DNA of 64,000 nucleotides. Origin: Raillietiella orientalis. Lineage: Eukaryota. Location of the stretch: contig JAYWIR010000030.1 of assembly GCA_036172245.1 (NCBI GenBank), positions 2,604,001-2,668,000 on the forward strand, in the 5' to 3' direction. Position numbers and translations under genes: made by a program. Shown piece by piece: positions 61,085 to 64,000 of the stretch; position 1 is the stretch's first letter, and each line of letters starts with the position of its first letter. The notes beneath the pieces are model-generated. The model searched no databases, was not told the DNA's origin, and worked only from the letters and a program-made list of their open reading frames with translations.

Positions 61085-64000
61085 CTTGAATGTGCTCTTG
61101 CACCTTTTTCATCATCATCATTTGTGACCATTAAGAATCATCTGTTGGTTTTCCCAAATTGCTGAGAATCCCGAAGAGAGAAAATAAATCTTTGTTTTCT
61201 TTAGAGTCTTTGGAGATAGGAGATTTTGCTCTGCTGCTCGCACACGAATTTCTGCTGTTGAAACCTTTGGCATCTTCTGAAAATCGAAACGAAACTTTGT
61301 TCAACGAGAATAAAAGTGACCGTTTCCCCACCAAAGTGAAAAAACAAAGGAAATCGAAATGCTCTGCTCCCACTCTGGAGGTCTCTCTAAAGAGTGATCG
61401 TGGAATTCCTGTTTGGAAACTAGACGAACATGAGCGACCGTAGCTTTGATCTCTATAAAGAAAGGAAACGGAAACTTCTCCATAGTCGGGTTTATGACTG
61501 GATGAACACTTTCTTGTCTATTATGTTCCATGCAAAGAAAATGTCTGAGCTTAAGCAGATCTTGAGCTTTGACAGACGCTGAATGCCCTGACCTATTGTG
61601 TTTTCGAGATCCGTGGTAAGAAAGCATCCCCCATACGAAAGACTCTGTTACAAAGGTCAAGATAACTTTCCGCCATGCCAAGTAAATACAGATGGTATTC
61701 CAAACGGTCGCAATGGATTTCGACGGTGATTCTTTTCTCCGAAAATTCGAGAAGAGCTGATGTAGAGGATTATGTATGCAGGACAAAATGCTTTTTATGA
61801 CTTTGCATAAGATGGTTTCCATATCGGCTTTATTGCCTAGTCGTACCGCAGACAAGGAAGTGTCAGCTGACTACTGACGCAACTACATGGAATGGAGTTT
61901 TGTCGAGTGGGCGTTTCTTTTCTAAAGGCAGCTAAGGCCACGATAAATAACACGTGGTTGCTCTCGCACAGGTTTGATCTTACAGAACACGCACGTACTG
62001 AAAATCAGACAATCAACATGGACATACATTACAAGTTTCTAGCTTTGTGTACCGGATCGAAAAACTACATTTCGGTGACCCGAGTGTACTGTTGCTTTCC
62101 GTCACGATTTCCTTCCACTTGAAATTCACAAAAGCTGTGTGGTTAACTCTGATTTGCGTGTACAGTGTTTTACAGCTCGACTGCACACTTCATAAACCGA
62201 GATGCACATTGGCGCTAATACACGCCTTTTGTTTCCATAGCACATTTCTCACGAGTTTTCGTCAATGAACACATTTGGAAGAAAAACGATGAAGTTTTCA
62301 AAAAGGAAAATCAGTATGCCTTTCTCATGTGGCTGCCCTATAGTAATGTCTCTGCATATTGGGACATTTAATATTGCATACCTCACATCAGCTCCAGGTT
62401 TCCTTTGCTTGTAATATACGGCATTTCACCATCAAAGGGAGAAATGCAAGTCTTTGAAATACGTGAACACATTCGAGCACAAATAACGAATTTGATCTTT
62501 TCATCCCCACAAAGCCTTAGCATTCAGCACTGAATGGTTCCCATCAAAATGATTGCAATAGACTGAGGATGCATCTTTCCTTTAAAATATGATTTTTTTT
62601 TCTCTTCTTTCAACTACCCTAGACATCGACAGGCTCTGTTGCCATGATTTCGACACATTGAACTTTTGATGGCATTTCTACTGTTTCCTGACAGATCTGG
62701 CTATTCAGGAACCCACTGATAAGAACCGTACACAGCATCTGCTTCAAGATCATGTTGTTGTCTTTTCGGTGAAAATGCAAATCTTGACTGGGCTATTAAG
62801 AAACATTTCAAAGATTTCCGACTGTTCCACTAGCTATACGTTGTAAGCATGTTCTCATCTGCTTTTCGATAATTCTGCGTTATTTCATATGTAATCTTTA
62901 GAGGAATTTTTTTTCCTTTTCCCGTGTTCGGTCCATGCTCTGTTTCCACGAATCATGCTTTTGGGTTCATCTGACGGCTTCGCTAGACTGACTATTCCAA
63001 CTAAGGGAGAACACGTATTTGAATGCAGCAAGAATGAAATATCCTGTTATTTGTAACACATTTCAAGTTTCGAGTTCAGATCAGGGAAAACTTTCGAGCT
63101 CGAAAAACTGAAAACTCGCTTTGTATCTCATCTTTAAGAATTACAAGAGTCACTGCGCCTTCACGCGGAGACTGTGATGGAGAAAATGTGTTTCAGCGAG
63201 CACTCACTAGAGGGAGAAATGGAAAGGAGAGTTTTGTTTTCCGTGTCATTAGTATAGGCAGAATAAAAGTGTTCCCCCGAGCAGTGGGAAAGTTCCACGT
63301 CATGGTTTTAAGTGGCACCAACACCTACCTAACCAATGCAGCGTGTTCTGCTTCATGGCATGTCCCCAGGAATTTATATAGTTGACAGTAGTGGCAACTA
63401 GTGTTGCAAGCAACAGCGATCCTCGACTTACATGAAAGACGAAAAATAGCGTGTCATCGAATTGGTACTTTGGTGGATTTGTTGGAATTCAGTAAAGCGC
63501 ATGTGATAAACAGAATTGTGCACAAAGTGGTGTTCCTATGGCATTGCCTTTGGGTTCCATGTTTTTTCTAGTGTACAGCATTAGGAAAAGCCTAATAGTG
63601 AAGTATCTTTCTTACTCATCGTGGCTACCATTGTCTTCATTCTGCGAATGTTTAGGTGACGGTGCATTAGCATGATTGTGTTAGAGTCATTAGTCATCAC
63701 CTTTGCATGTTGCAATGTTCATGTTGACATTCATAATCCTGGAAAACCCTGCGAAACCTGACCCCTGTACTGAGGTGATTTTTGAAGTCGTCTCAGTACA
63801 GAAATTTGCATTGGATTGCTTTCAATTTTTTCATTTTAAGGCGAGTCGCCCTGATGATTTTAGAAATCCGCCTTCCTAAACAGTTAGCAATTTTATTCGA
63901 GAGAAGGTGCTCCATGTCTTTGGCTTTTGGAACGAGTCCAAAGAACTGAGTTGTGGGGGGCATTTTCGCATCCCTTAGGCTAGAGAACGTCTTACTGAGG

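Overview
Eukaryotic nuclear DNA, probably from an invertebrate animal. This is inferred from GT-AG introns of about 50-150 nt, polypyrimidine acceptors, abundant CpG, and the absence of operons or Shine-Dalgarno architecture. Only one long, convincing coding unit is present: a 1,452-nt minus-strand exon (3043->1592) encoding a signal-peptide-bearing, very acidic, low-complexity protein, with at least one further phase-compatible exon. The rest of the window holds scattered short exon-like segments on both strands. Some join into phase-consistent multi-exon models (about 15 kb +, 17.5-18.6 kb -, 20-21 kb, 29 kb +, 31-32 kb +, 60-61 kb -), but I recognise no conserved domain in them with confidence, so all are low-confidence. 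Two GC/CpG-rich blocks (about 9.7-11.7 kb and 46.6-49.3 kb) look regulatory. Directly verifiable structures are a perfect 34-bp palindrome (57501-57534), two hairpins, a 28-bp tandem duplication and homopolymer runs. I saw no tRNA, rRNA, CRISPR array or recognisable transposase/RT. I found no demonstrable novel system. The best leads are the acidic secreted protein, a speculative helical-cytokine-like exon at 29 kb, and the palindrome centred on a possible splice acceptor.
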